From Gemmatimonadota bacterium (GTDB lineage: Bacteria > Gemmatimonadota > Gemmatimonadetes > Gemmatimonadales > GWC2-71-9): 57,400 nucleotides of DNA. Of the stretch, positions 47,334 through 57,400 are shown one piece after another; the stretch's first letter is position 1; each line of letters starts with the position of its first letter. The notes below the pieces were generated by a model. That model had not been told where the DNA came from, made no database searches, and saw nothing but the letters and a program-made list of their open reading frames with translations. The translations under genes were made by a program, and so were the position numbers. The DNA lies in contig JAZDCZ010000250.1 of NCBI GenBank assembly GCA_036679605.1, forward strand, positions 1 to 57,400. Direction: 5' to 3'.

Positions 47334-48395
47334 CTGGACAGGAACCTGTTCGATCTGATCGCCGAACACGGCCACGAGCAGGTCAGTTTTGCGTCCGATC
47401 GTGAATCCGGCTACCGGGGAATCATCGCGATCCACAACACTGCGTTGGGTCCGGCACTGGGTGGAACGCGGTTCTGGAACTATGCGAGTGATGCCGAGGC
47501 CTTCACGGATGTGCTGCGACTTTCGAGAGGAATGACCTACAAGGCCGCCGTTGCCGGCCTGAATTTGGGCGGGGGCAAGAGTGTGATCATCGGCGATCCG
47601 AATACCCAAGACCGTGAGGCGATCTTTCGGCAACATGGCCGCCACGTTGACTCTTTGAGAGGACGGTATATCACTGCTGAAGACGTCGGTACGAGTCCCG
47701 GCGACATGGAATTTGTGCGGCAGGAAACTGATTTTGTAGTCGGCCTGACGGGACGCTCGGGCGATCCGTCTCCGGCTACTGCATTTGGAGTATACAGAGG
47801 TATCCAAGCGTGCCTCATGTTCCGATACGGATCGGAAGACCCGTCAGGCAAGACAATAGCTTTGCAGGGTTGCGGACACGTTGGATACAACATTTGCGGC
47901 CACCTGCACGAGGCCGGAGCGCGACTCATTGTTACCGACATAGATAAGGAAAAGGTCAAGAGGGTGGTCGATGACTTTGGTGCTACAGCGGTGGCGCCCG
48001 ACGAGATCTATGGAGTAGAAGCGCACGTGTTTGCACCGTGTGCTTTGGGGGGAGTGATCAATGACAAGTCGCTCGGCCAACTCAAGTTTGATATCGTTGC
48101 AGGCGCGGCGAACAACCAACTAGCAGCAGATCGCCATGGAGATACGCTGAACGAGAGGGATGTCATCTACGCGCCTGACTACGTCATCAACGGCGGAGGT
48201 CTCATTAACGTGAACGCCGAACTGGAGGGATGGGATCTCGATGGTGCGCAGAAGAAGACGGCAGAAATATATGACACCGTACTCCAACTGCTGGAGATGT
48301 CGCGGGACGAGGGCATCCCCACGTATCGAGCTGCTCGACGGCTTGCGGAACGCCGTATTGCTGCGGTAGTGGCGAGTAACGGAATGCCGGCGTGA
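47334..48395 (+). CDS. Leu/Phe/Val dehydrogenase (start uncertain: CTG 47334 or ATG 47256)
   Basis: [46 protein letters not shown]. Confidence 0.9.
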   Translation: MDRNLFDLIAEHGHEQVSFASDRESGYRGIIAIHNTALGPALGGTRFWNYASDAEAFTDVLRLSRGMTYKAAVAGLNLGGGKSVIIGDPNTQDREAIFRQHGRHVDSLRGRYITAEDVGTSPGDMEFVRQETDFVVGLTGRSGDPSPATAFGVYRGIQACLMFRYGSEDPSGKTIALQGCGHVGYNICGHLHEAGARLIVTDIDKEKVKRVVDDFGATAVAPDEIYGVEAHVFAPCALGGVINDKSLGQLKFDIVAGAANNQLAADRHGDTLNERDVIYAPDYVINGGGLINVNAELEGWDLDGAQKKTAEIYDTVLQLLEMSRDEGIPTYRAARRLAERRIAAVVASNGMPA

Positions 48396-49681
48396 CGGGG
48401 AGACCGGTGAACGGCAACGGACTGCTGCTGTCGCTCGGCGCGATCGACCCGACTATCGATCGGTTGATAGGTCGGGAAGTCACCAGGCAAGAAGAAGGCC
48501 TGGAACTTATTGCCTCCGAGAACTTCGTCTCCCGGGCGGTACTCGAAGCGCTGGGCTCTGAACTCACCAACAAGTACGCCGAGGGTTATCCGGGCAAGAG
48601 GTACTACGGTGGGTGCGAGGTGGTTGACGAGATCGAGAGTCTTGCCATCGACCGGGCCAAACAGCTCTTTGGTGCCGAACACGTCAACGTTCAACCCCAC
48701 AGCGGCGCTCAAGCAAACCTTGCGGCCTATCTCTCGGTGATGAAGGCGGGCGACACGCTGATGGGTTTGGAACTGTCCCACGGTGGACACCTGACTCACG
48801 GGTCTCCGGTCAATGTCAGTGGAAAGCTTTTCCGAGCCGTGCAGTACCAAGTGAACCAGGAGACGGGCCTGATCGATTTGAATCAGGTGCGCGAGGCGGC
48901 GCTGCGCGAGCGACCGGCTGTGGTTGTCGCAGGTGGCAGTGCGTATCCCCGCAAGATCGACTTCGCCGGGTTTGCCGAGATCGCTCATGAGGTAGACGCC
49001 GTTCTCATGGTCGATATGGCCCATTTTGCCGGGTTGGTCGCCGGTGGAGTGTATCCGTCGCCCGTACCGCATGCAGATCTAGTGACCAGCACGACGCACA
49101 AGACGTTGCGCGGTCCGAGGGGAGGCTTCATTCTGGCCAAGCAGGCTTTGGCAAAGGCAGTCGATAAATCGGTATTCCCCGGGATGCAGGGCGGGCCACT
49201 GGAGCATGTTATTGCGGCGAAGGCCGTGGCGTTCCACGAAGCACTGGAGCCCAGCTTTAAGGAATATGTCGGGCAGGTCGTGAAGAATGCCGTGGCCCTG
49301 GGCCAAGCCTTGATGGAGTTCGGGTATACCTTGGTGTCTGGAGGCACCGACTCACACCTGCTGCTCATGGATCTGAGACCGCAGGAAATAACGGGCAAGT
49401 TTGCCGAGCAGACGTTGGGACGGGCCGAAATCCACGTCAACAAGAACACGATTCCCGGAGACCTCCAGTCGCCCTTTGTAACGAGCGGCGTGAGGATTGG
49501 GACCCCGGCGCTTACCACGCGAGGAATGCGGGAAGACGAGATGCGTCGAGTTGCGGGCCTGATCGATACGATCCTACGGAATCCCGACGATGCCACAATC
49601 ACGCGAGCCGGGGCATTGGTGCGGGAGCTTGCCGCGGAATTTCCCCTTTACCTCGGTGCCGGTGCCGCAGCTCACCAGTGA
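48392..49681 (+). CDS. glyA: Serine hydroxymethyltransferase
   Basis: [42 protein letters not shown]. Confidence 0.98.
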   Translation: MTGRPVNGNGLLLSLGAIDPTIDRLIGREVTRQEEGLELIASENFVSRAVLEALGSELTNKYAEGYPGKRYYGGCEVVDEIESLAIDRAKQLFGAEHVNVQPHSGAQANLAAYLSVMKAGDTLMGLELSHGGHLTHGSPVNVSGKLFRAVQYQVNQETGLIDLNQVREAALRERPAVVVAGGSAYPRKIDFAGFAEIAHEVDAVLMVDMAHFAGLVAGGVYPSPVPHADLVTSTTHKTLRGPRGGFILAKQALAKAVDKSVFPGMQGGPLEHVIAAKAVAFHEALEPSFKEYVGQVVKNAVALGQALMEFGYTLVSGGTDSHLLLMDLRPQEITGKFAEQTLGRAEIHVNKNTIPGDLQSPFVTSGVRIGTPALTTRGMREDEMRRVAGLIDTILRNPDDATITRAGALVRELAAEFPLYLGAGAAAHQ

Positions 49682-49726
49682 AATGTGTCTCCGCCCCTTG
49701 CTCGTTTGGGTCGCCACAATCACCTT

Positions 49727-50131
49727 ATGAACGTGTTTGAACTGCAACTAGCCGACGAACTGCTCCAGCGCATCCGGGCGATCGACGGCCGGTACCACGA
49801 GCGGGCGTACCTGTTCGTGCTGGCGGCCCTGGAATACTGTCAGCGTAAGCGGAAGGTACGCGGGCACATAAGGGGCGATGAGCTGGCCTGGGCCTGCCGT
49901 GACCTCGCTCAGGAGCAGTTCGGTCTCACCTCCCGTACGGTCCTATCGTATTGGGGAATCGACGATACCGGCGACATCGGCCGCATCGTATTCGTTCTGA
50001 TAGACGTGGGGTTGCTCATGCCCAACGATGAAGATCGCCCGGAGGACTTTGGGGCCGTCTACGATTTTGAAGCGGCATTTGAAGAGGAATACCCGTGGGC
50101 CGGTGTCAGCCGAACCGGTGGGGGTGTTTAA
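49727..50131 (+). CDS. Minf_1886-like conserved protein
   Basis: RY…AYLFV..AL, HI.G.EL…A..QFG…VL..WGI..T.D.G.IVF.L. Confidence 0.8.
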   Translation: MNVFELQLADELLQRIRAIDGRYHERAYLFVLAALEYCQRKRKVRGHIRGDELAWACRDLAQEQFGLTSRTVLSYWGIDDTGDIGRIVFVLIDVGLLMPNDEDRPEDFGAVYDFEAAFEEEYPWAGVSRTGGGV

Positions 50132-50165
50132 GGCGTAGTTCTAGTTTCGGGAAGAGGGGTGCATC

Positions 50166-50360
50166 ATGGACGAAAGGGAGTTTCCCACCTGCCAGAAGTG
50201 CAATCAAGGTCTCCTATTGCCGCTGTCCGACTACGGACGTGACGGGGCGCCGATTACCTACAAGGCGTGGGTGTGCAATAGTCCGGACTGCGGATTCAAC
50301 ATCCGGATCGACAACGGCGAGATATCGCTCGGCCGGGCCATCGGTCAAAGCTTCAAGTAG
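50166..50360 (+). CDS. Small zinc-ribbon-like protein
   Basis: SD GAGGGG; CQKC…CNSPDC. Confidence 0.8.
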   Translation: MDEREFPTCQKCNQGLLLPLSDYGRDGAPITYKAWVCNSPDCGFNIRIDNGEISLGRAIGQSFK

Positions 50361-50413
50361 CCTGACGCGCTGAGGGCCTGTCGCCCCGGCGACACCGACC
50401 GTTACGATCGATC

Positions 50414-51940
50414 ATGAAGCAGATTCCGGTGCTCGACGCCAATCAGGCCACGAGTTGGGACAAGCGCGCCCGCGATCGGGCGGGCATCTCCGGCCGTGTT
50501 CTCATGGAGACTGCCGGCCGCGCCGCTGCACTTGTTACGGCACGGGAGTTCGCCGAACGACTGGGGAGCGGCGTACTTGTAGCCGCCGGCCACGGCAACA
50601 ACGGCGGAGACGGTTGGGTGGTGGCCAGGGCCCTCGCCGCCACCGGCGTCGATGTATGGGGCGTCGATGAAGAGCGCGATCGCTCTGCAGACTGTGAGGC
50701 CAACAGGGTTCTCGCCCTCGATTCCGGTGTGACTCGGCTTTGCCCGGGTGACGATTGGCCGGCCGCGGGCGTCGTGGTTGATGCAATGTTGGGGACCGGG
50801 GCTTCCGGTCCACCGCGCGGCGCAATTGCGGAGATTGCGCGGCGCATTGCCGCTGCCGCGGTCCCTATTGTAGCCATCGATGGACCCACCGGATTGGACC
50901 TTTCGACCGGTCAGGCACACGGGCCCGTGCGGGCCGATCTCACCATCACATTCGGCGGCGCGCGCCGCGGACACCTCCTGGCCAGAGATTGGTGCGGTCA
51001 CTTGGTGGTTGTGGACATCGGATTCCCCCAGGCACTGGACGAATGGCCCACTCTCGTGACCGACGGTTGGGCGTCCGGTGCATTGCCCCAGTTCGAGCCG
51101 GCGATGCACAAGGGCGATCGGGGGCGAGTGCTCGTCGTGGGCGGCGAACACGGCATGGCTGGTGCCGCAATCCACGCAGCGTCGGCCGCGTTTGCGGCCG
51201 GGGCAGGCCTCGTCAAGATCGCGGCGCACGAGGTGAGCGTTGCGGCGGCACAGGAAATCTTGCCCGATGCGCTCAGCACCCCGACCCAACTGTCCCCCAC
51301 ACTCGAGTCCTCGCTCGAGGAATCGCTTGATTGGGCGGATGCGCTGGTTCTTGGACCCGGATTGGGTCGTGGACCCGACAGGAGCGAGTTCGTACGGACG
51401 ATCTTGGAGAGGGTGGGGAAGCCCGCCGTCATCGATGCCGACGCTCTGCATGCAGGTCCCGATGTCTTGATGAGTGGCACAGTTCCCCGAGTGTTGACTC
51501 CTCATCCGGGCGAATTCAACTCCGCGTTTCCCGACTTGGCAGATGCCTTGAAGAATGACCGCTTTGCGGCAGCCAAGTCTGCGGCGACCAGGTGCGTGGT
51601 TCTGTTGAAGGGTGTTCCCACGGTTGTTGCCGAATCCGACGGCCGTATGCGGGTGGTGACTTCGGGTAATCCAGCCTTGGCGACCGGCGGCAGTGGCGAC
51701 CTCTTGGCCGGTTTCATTGGTGCCTTTCTGGCCCGCGGTATGACACCCGGCGATGCTGCGGCGCTTGGCGCCCACGTGCTGGGTCGAGCAGCCGAGCTGG
51801 CGTCGGCGGAGCACGGTGTGCGCTCAACCCGGCCGGCCGATGTCGTTGGTGCTGTTGGGAAGCTATGGCGGGTGCTGGCCGACCAGCCGGCACCGCGACC
51901 ACCCATCCTCTGGGAACTCGCCCCACCCGCCTTGGTGTGA
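50414..51940 (+). CDS. nnr: Bifunctional NAD(P)HX epimerase/dehydratase
   Basis: LMETAG, GHGNNGGDG, DAMLGTG, HKGDRG, GPGLG, IDADAL, TPHPGE, ATGGSGD. Confidence 0.95.
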   Translation: MKQIPVLDANQATSWDKRARDRAGISGRVLMETAGRAAALVTAREFAERLGSGVLVAAGHGNNGGDGWVVARALAATGVDVWGVDEERDRSADCEANRVLALDSGVTRLCPGDDWPAAGVVVDAMLGTGASGPPRGAIAEIARRIAAAAVPIVAIDGPTGLDLSTGQAHGPVRADLTITFGGARRGHLLARDWCGHLVVVDIGFPQALDEWPTLVTDGWASGALPQFEPAMHKGDRGRVLVVGGEHGMAGAAIHAASAAFAAGAGLVKIAAHEVSVAAAQEILPDALSTPTQLSPTLESSLEESLDWADALVLGPGLGRGPDRSEFVRTILERVGKPAVIDADALHAGPDVLMSGTVPRVLTPHPGEFNSAFPDLADALKNDRFAAAKSAATRCVVLLKGVPTVVAESDGRMRVVTSGNPALATGGSGDLLAGFIGAFLARGMTPGDAAALGAHVLGRAAELASAEHGVRSTRPADVVGAVGKLWRVLADQPAPRPPILWELAPPALV

Positions 51941-51964
51941 TCCTGTCTCAGTTACTTTGACTGT

Positions 51965-52903
51965 ATGAAGAATCTCGCGCCGCTTGCCTTGGGGTCGGAA
52001 TTCGACAAGATCCGGCGTATTTGGCGAGCCTTGGGAGATCGTGCGGCGGGCGGCGGTGACGACTGCGCCATGGTGGAGGTCGGCAGCGAGCGACTCGCGG
52101 TATCCACCGATATGGCTCTTGAAGGAGTCCACTTTCAGATGGGGTGGCTCCAACCGCACGAGATCGGGTGGCGAGCCGGCGCGGCCGCTCTCTCCGACCT
52201 AGCGGCGGTTGCCGCGGAACCACTTGGCCTGCTGGTGAGTCTCGGCATCTCAGAGGAGTGGCCCGATGATCTCGCGGCAGAGCTAATGGATGGGATCGGC
52301 GACGTGGCTGAAACGGTCGGAGCAAAGGTCTGGGGCGGGGATCTGGTGAGGAGTGAGAAACTGATCGTAGACGTGGCGGCATTTGGCCGCGCGCCTCACC
52401 CCATAAAACGCGACGGAGCCATGGTGGGCGATGCACTGTGGGTGACGGGCCGGTTGGGCGGACCGCTCGCTGCGCTGACCGCGTGGCAGGATGGCAACGA
52501 ACCCGACCGCTTAGCGCGCGATCGCTTTGCGCACCCCACGCCACGGGTAGGCGAAGCCGATTGGCTTAGGGCACACGGTGCTCGGGCGATGATCGACTTG
52601 AGTGATGGACTCGTCGCTGACGCCGCACACCTCGCCGCCGCGTCGGGCGTTCGGTGCGTTATCGAGGCCGGCCAGGTGCCGGTGCACGCGGCGGCAGATC
52701 CGGACATGGCATTGGCCGGCGGCGAAGAGTACGAGTTGCTGGTGGCAATGCCGCATGACTTTGGAGCAGACAACACGGCAGAATTCTCTGCAAAGTTTGA
52801 CCTGCCGCTTGGGCGCGTCGGAGATGTTGCTGCAGGAAGTGGCGTCGAGTTGCTGAGAGACGGCTCACCAGTTGAGCTACCGGTCGGCTACAGGCATTTC
52901 TAG
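51965..52903 (+). CDS. thiL: Thiamine-phosphate kinase
   Basis: EF..I, GDDCA, EGVHF, SDLAA, GGD, IDLSDGL, GGEEYEL, GYRHF. Confidence 0.95.
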   Translation: MKNLAPLALGSEFDKIRRIWRALGDRAAGGGDDCAMVEVGSERLAVSTDMALEGVHFQMGWLQPHEIGWRAGAAALSDLAAVAAEPLGLLVSLGISEEWPDDLAAELMDGIGDVAETVGAKVWGGDLVRSEKLIVDVAAFGRAPHPIKRDGAMVGDALWVTGRLGGPLAALTAWQDGNEPDRLARDRFAHPTPRVGEADWLRAHGARAMIDLSDGLVADAAHLAAASGVRCVIEAGQVPVHAAADPDMALAGGEEYELLVAMPHDFGADNTAEFSAKFDLPLGRVGDVAAGSGVELLRDGSPVELPVGYRHF

Positions 52904-52951
52904 ATCTATGAGCCCGTTTCCCGTTGCCCGTTTGCCGCTTTCCGCATCCCG

Positions 52952-53657
52952 ATGATTCGTTCGATCTGGTACCGGGTGACCCTGCTGTTTCTGACTTTCT
53001 ATTATGCCTCGAAGGTGGTCATTGCGGCGCTGGTCTTCCGCATTCCGAACCGTCATGGCGGGGTCTACGACGAAACGGCAAAACGGTGGTCCGCTTGGCA
53101 GCTCAGGGCGGCCGGCGTCAAGGTGCGTATGGTCGGGATGGAGAATATTCCCAAGGGCCAGCCTGTAGTGTTCGTGTCCAACCATCAGTCTTGGTTCGAC
53201 ATCATCTCGCTGGCGGCGAACCTTCCTCATACGACTCGCTTCGTGTCGAAGAAGGAATTGGCCAAAGTGCCCCTTCTGGGAAAGGCCATGAAGGTGGCGG
53301 GTCACATTTTCATCGATCGCCAGAATCGCCAGAAGGCGTTTGAAGCATACGAGGAGATTGCCCAGGTCATCAGCGACGGCATGAACGCGGTGGTGTTTGC
53401 GGAAGGAACTCGGAGTCGAACCGGAGAACTGCAACCGTTTAAGAAAGGTCCGTTTGTGCTCGCTATCGCTGCACAGGTGCCAATTATACCGATCTATTGC
53501 GCGCACACGTTCGGCATCTCTCCGAAGGGTAGCATACGAATCCGCCCCTGTCCGGTTACCATCTATCTGGGCGAACCGATTTCAACCAAGGGAATGAATT
53601 ATGAAGACCGGCACGAACTGTTGCAGCGCACGCACTCGATCGTGGAACAATTCAGCG

Positions 53658-53683
<26 letters not shown>
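52952..53683 (+). CDS. plsC: 1-acyl-sn-glycerol-3-phosphate acyltransferase
   Basis: NHQSWFD, FIDR, FAEGTRS, PFKKG. Confidence 0.92.
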
Positions 53684-55251
<1,568 letters not shown>

Positions 55252-55365
55252 GGAGTAGGGAGTTGCCCAAACGTGTGCGGCCCTTACCGCCGGGTGGTGT
55301 AGGGTATCGGGGTGTACCGCCTGGGGTGGTGTGGAAGTTGGGCAGGGTCCCGCCCTGTCTTGTTT

Positions 55366-55439
55366 GGCGGAGTAGCTCAGCTGGTTAGAGCAGCGGAATC
55401 ATAATCCGCGTGTCGGGGGTTCGAGTCCCTCCTCCGCTA
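55366..55439 (+). tRNA. tRNA-Met (CAT), elongator type; CCA not encoded
   Basis: Acceptor GGCGGAG/CTCCGCT-A, D arm, anticodon stem GCGGA/TCCGC with loop ATCATAA, T loop TTCGAGT. Confidence 0.93.
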
Positions 55440-55849
55440 CTGATTGAGCCTCAATCACTTACGTGTGGTTGGGGCTCTTTGCAACCAACCAGCTTTGCTC
55501 AACTGGTGACCAGATTGGTGACGCTCCTACCATAAAACTCTGCCTCAGCAAACGCAATAGCGCTGCTGCTCGATCTTCTAAAACCATCTCAACTCCCCAT
55601 AGACTACTACCCCGGCTGCACCGTTGGAAGTGAGCACGAGTGTGACCCAAAAAAAGGTTGGCTCAGCAGATGCGAAGCCCCCCATCCCCCTCCGGGGTCA
55701 ACATTCATGTACGGTTGCCCAAGAATGCGCGAGATATTTCTTGAGAAAGGGAGGTGTGCTCTCGGATCACGCTCGCCTGAGCGGTGGTTGCAGTGCATGT
55801 TATGGCGTCCATTGTGGAGCCCTTTGTCATCCTGACCAAGGAGTAGTCG

Positions 55850-56302
55850 ATGGGGAAGATCATAGGCGGAGTGGTAGCCGGGTACGTCACCATGGTGGTC
55901 CTGGTGTTCGCGCTCTTTTCTCTCACGTGGCTTGTGCTCGGTGCCGGTGGAGCATTCCAGCCGGAGAGTTGGGATCCATCGCTGATCTGGGTTTTGCTTA
56001 CGATCGTTTTGGGTCTTGCGGCTGCGATCGGCGGCGGGTATGTGGCTGTTGCTACTGCCAACGACAAACGCGTCGTCATCTGGCTGATCGTGGTTGTGCT
56101 CATCATAGGGTTGTTGTCCGCAGTCATGATGATGTTCGAACTCGACGCTGGCCTAGGCGGTCGCCCAGAATCAGTGAGCATGTTCGAAGCGATGGGGAAC
56201 GCACGGCAACCGGTGTGGGTCGCGTTCTTGAATCCTGTCCTGGGGGTCGTCGGCGTACTCATGGGTGCTCGCATGCGCGGCAGTCCGACGAGTTCGTTAT
56301 AG
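55850..56302 (+). CDS. Hypothetical 4-TM membrane protein
   Basis: SD AGGAG; four hydrophobic segments. Confidence 0.8.
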   Translation: MGKIIGGVVAGYVTMVVLVFALFSLTWLVLGAGGAFQPESWDPSLIWVLLTIVLGLAAAIGGGYVAVATANDKRVVIWLIVVVLIIGLLSAVMMMFELDAGLGGRPESVSMFEAMGNARQPVWVAFLNPVLGVVGVLMGARMRGSPTSSL

Positions 56303-56558
56303 AGTGAATCGGTGACTGGGGGGCCGAGCTAGTTCCCCACCTTCGCCTTCAATTCCTCGAAGAAGTTCTCGACCACGAGGACGAGCCTTGTTCGAGCCGT
56401 GTGCAATATGTGGCCATGCTATCGCCGGTGTTCCCGAAGTGCGACAGTAACGGGGCAACGATATCACAACTTCTTGCCAATTAAAGCCTACTCGACTGAC
56501 GCAGTATGCTGTTGCACAGCAACTTGCTGGTGGTAACTTTGTGCCAAGGGAGTGTGAC

Positions 56559-57020
56559 ATGCGGCAAAAGGTATTCCTAGGTATAGGGTTGCTCACGTTG
56601 GCTTGTTTCGAGCCCGACGGGCCGAGGGCACCGTCTGATCGCCCATCACGACTCCAGCTCCGGCCCGTATCGGGCAACGCCCAGAGCGTTACGGTCGGTC
56701 AGGTCCTACCTAACCCAATTGTCGTCCGGTCGGCGGATAGGGGTGGGGACCCTGCTTCGGGCGTTGCGGTGAACTGGGTGATACTCGAGGGTGGGGGAAG
56801 TTTGTCCGAGTCGTCCGTCACAACTGACGGGCTGGGTAACGCATCGGTGATGTGGACAGTGGGTAGTATGCAGGGTATCAACAGAGCAGCAGCTTCGGTG
56901 GGTAAGGTCGTGGACGAGATCAACGGTTCGCCCCTCGCGTTCACCGCAACCGCCTTGGTAGAAATTGCAAGGGCGGTCGAGAGCTTGGACGTGATCTCGG
57001 ACATGGAGGAAAAGTGTTAG
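56559..57020 (+). CDS. Lipoprotein with one Ig-like (Big_1-type) domain, possibly truncated
   Basis: SD GGGAG, lipobox TLAC, SGNAQS..VG..LP.P.VV…GV.V.W…GGGS…TD..G.A…WT.G. Confidence 0.75.
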   Translation: MRQKVFLGIGLLTLACFEPDGPRAPSDRPSRLQLRPVSGNAQSVTVGQVLPNPIVVRSADRGGDPASGVAVNWVILEGGGSLSESSVTTDGLGNASVMWTVGSMQGINRAAASVGKVVDEINGSPLAFTATALVEIARAVESLDVISDMEEKC

Positions 57021-57400
57021 GTCGCGCTGGCCGGCACGGCGAGTAACGGGGAGCGCGGACGGGTGTACCTGATCCAGAGTTCCGCCGCACCAAGAGTGAT
57101 GAGCCAGCCGGCCCAAAATGAGAGCACAAAGATTTCCTGTGAACGATACCCCGCCGGGGTGAGAACCATGTCGAAAACGCCGCCGACAACTCGTATCGTG
57201 GATATGCCGAGGGCAATCGCAAACGCTCGAATCATCCATTCTCGATGACGCGCCACCCGTTAGCACGCCAAAGTATAGCGCGGTCAGGACGACGACGAAG
57301 GTCGTAACAATGAGTACGCGACCGGACCACCGATGGAACTGAATGTGGCGGCTTCGGATCCGCCGAGAGAACTGGAACGGTGCTAGGGTGAGAAGAATGC
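57017..57400 (-). pseudogene. DUF2306 membrane protein pseudogene (internal deletion plus frameshift)
   Basis: N-part LAPFQFSRRIRSRHIQFHRWSGR…LYFGVL and C-part VARHREWMIRAFAIALG lie in different frames, joined near 57260. Confidence 0.75.

Noticed and set aside
48179..49072. 297-aa antisense ORF over glyA
   Set aside because: Shadow ORF from high-GC codon bias opposite a conserved gene; no recognisable domain.
50402..51814. 470-aa antisense ORF over nnr
   Set aside because: Shadow ORF opposite a clearly conserved gene; composition is not protein-like.
55459..55650. Integrase remnant next to the tRNA
   Set aside because: No tyrosine- or serine-recombinase motifs are recognisable in the short ORF.

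Overview
GC-rich bacterial chromosomal window. It is most likely Gemmatimonadota, inferred from the gene repertoire: membrane Ser/Thr kinase-TPR, BTAD-AAA regulator, DUF2723, Minf_1886-like, M14 peptidase and the ValS PPPNVTA motif. It has four zones. (1) 1-10.6 kb is an accessory metal/redox island. It holds a DUF2946/CutF/CruR-like RAPP leader whose Pro-Pro codons are the exact anti-SD of a downstream His-rich outer-membrane barrel gene. Next come a cupredoxin-like + diheme cytochrome c + Cyc2-like cytochrome-porin operon and a convergent His-rich lipoprotein + porin + diheme cytochrome c operon, both preceded by the same YTTCA-N6-YTTCA boxes. An orphan Hg-type MerR with its own operator ends the island. 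(2) 10.7-29.4 kb holds peptidases/hydrolases, a hybrid histidine kinase, topoisomerase IB and a kinase/BTAD-ATPase pair. (3) 29.4-55.4 kb is core genome: purH, purN, selA, valS, thrS, acyl-CoA catabolism, glyA, nnr, thiL, plsC, eno, ftsB and tRNA-Met. (4) After the tRNA is a decayed accessory region with att-like motifs and a DUF2306 pseudogene. No CRISPR array, rRNA, transposase or integrase was seen. All family assignments come from motif recognition, not from database searches.
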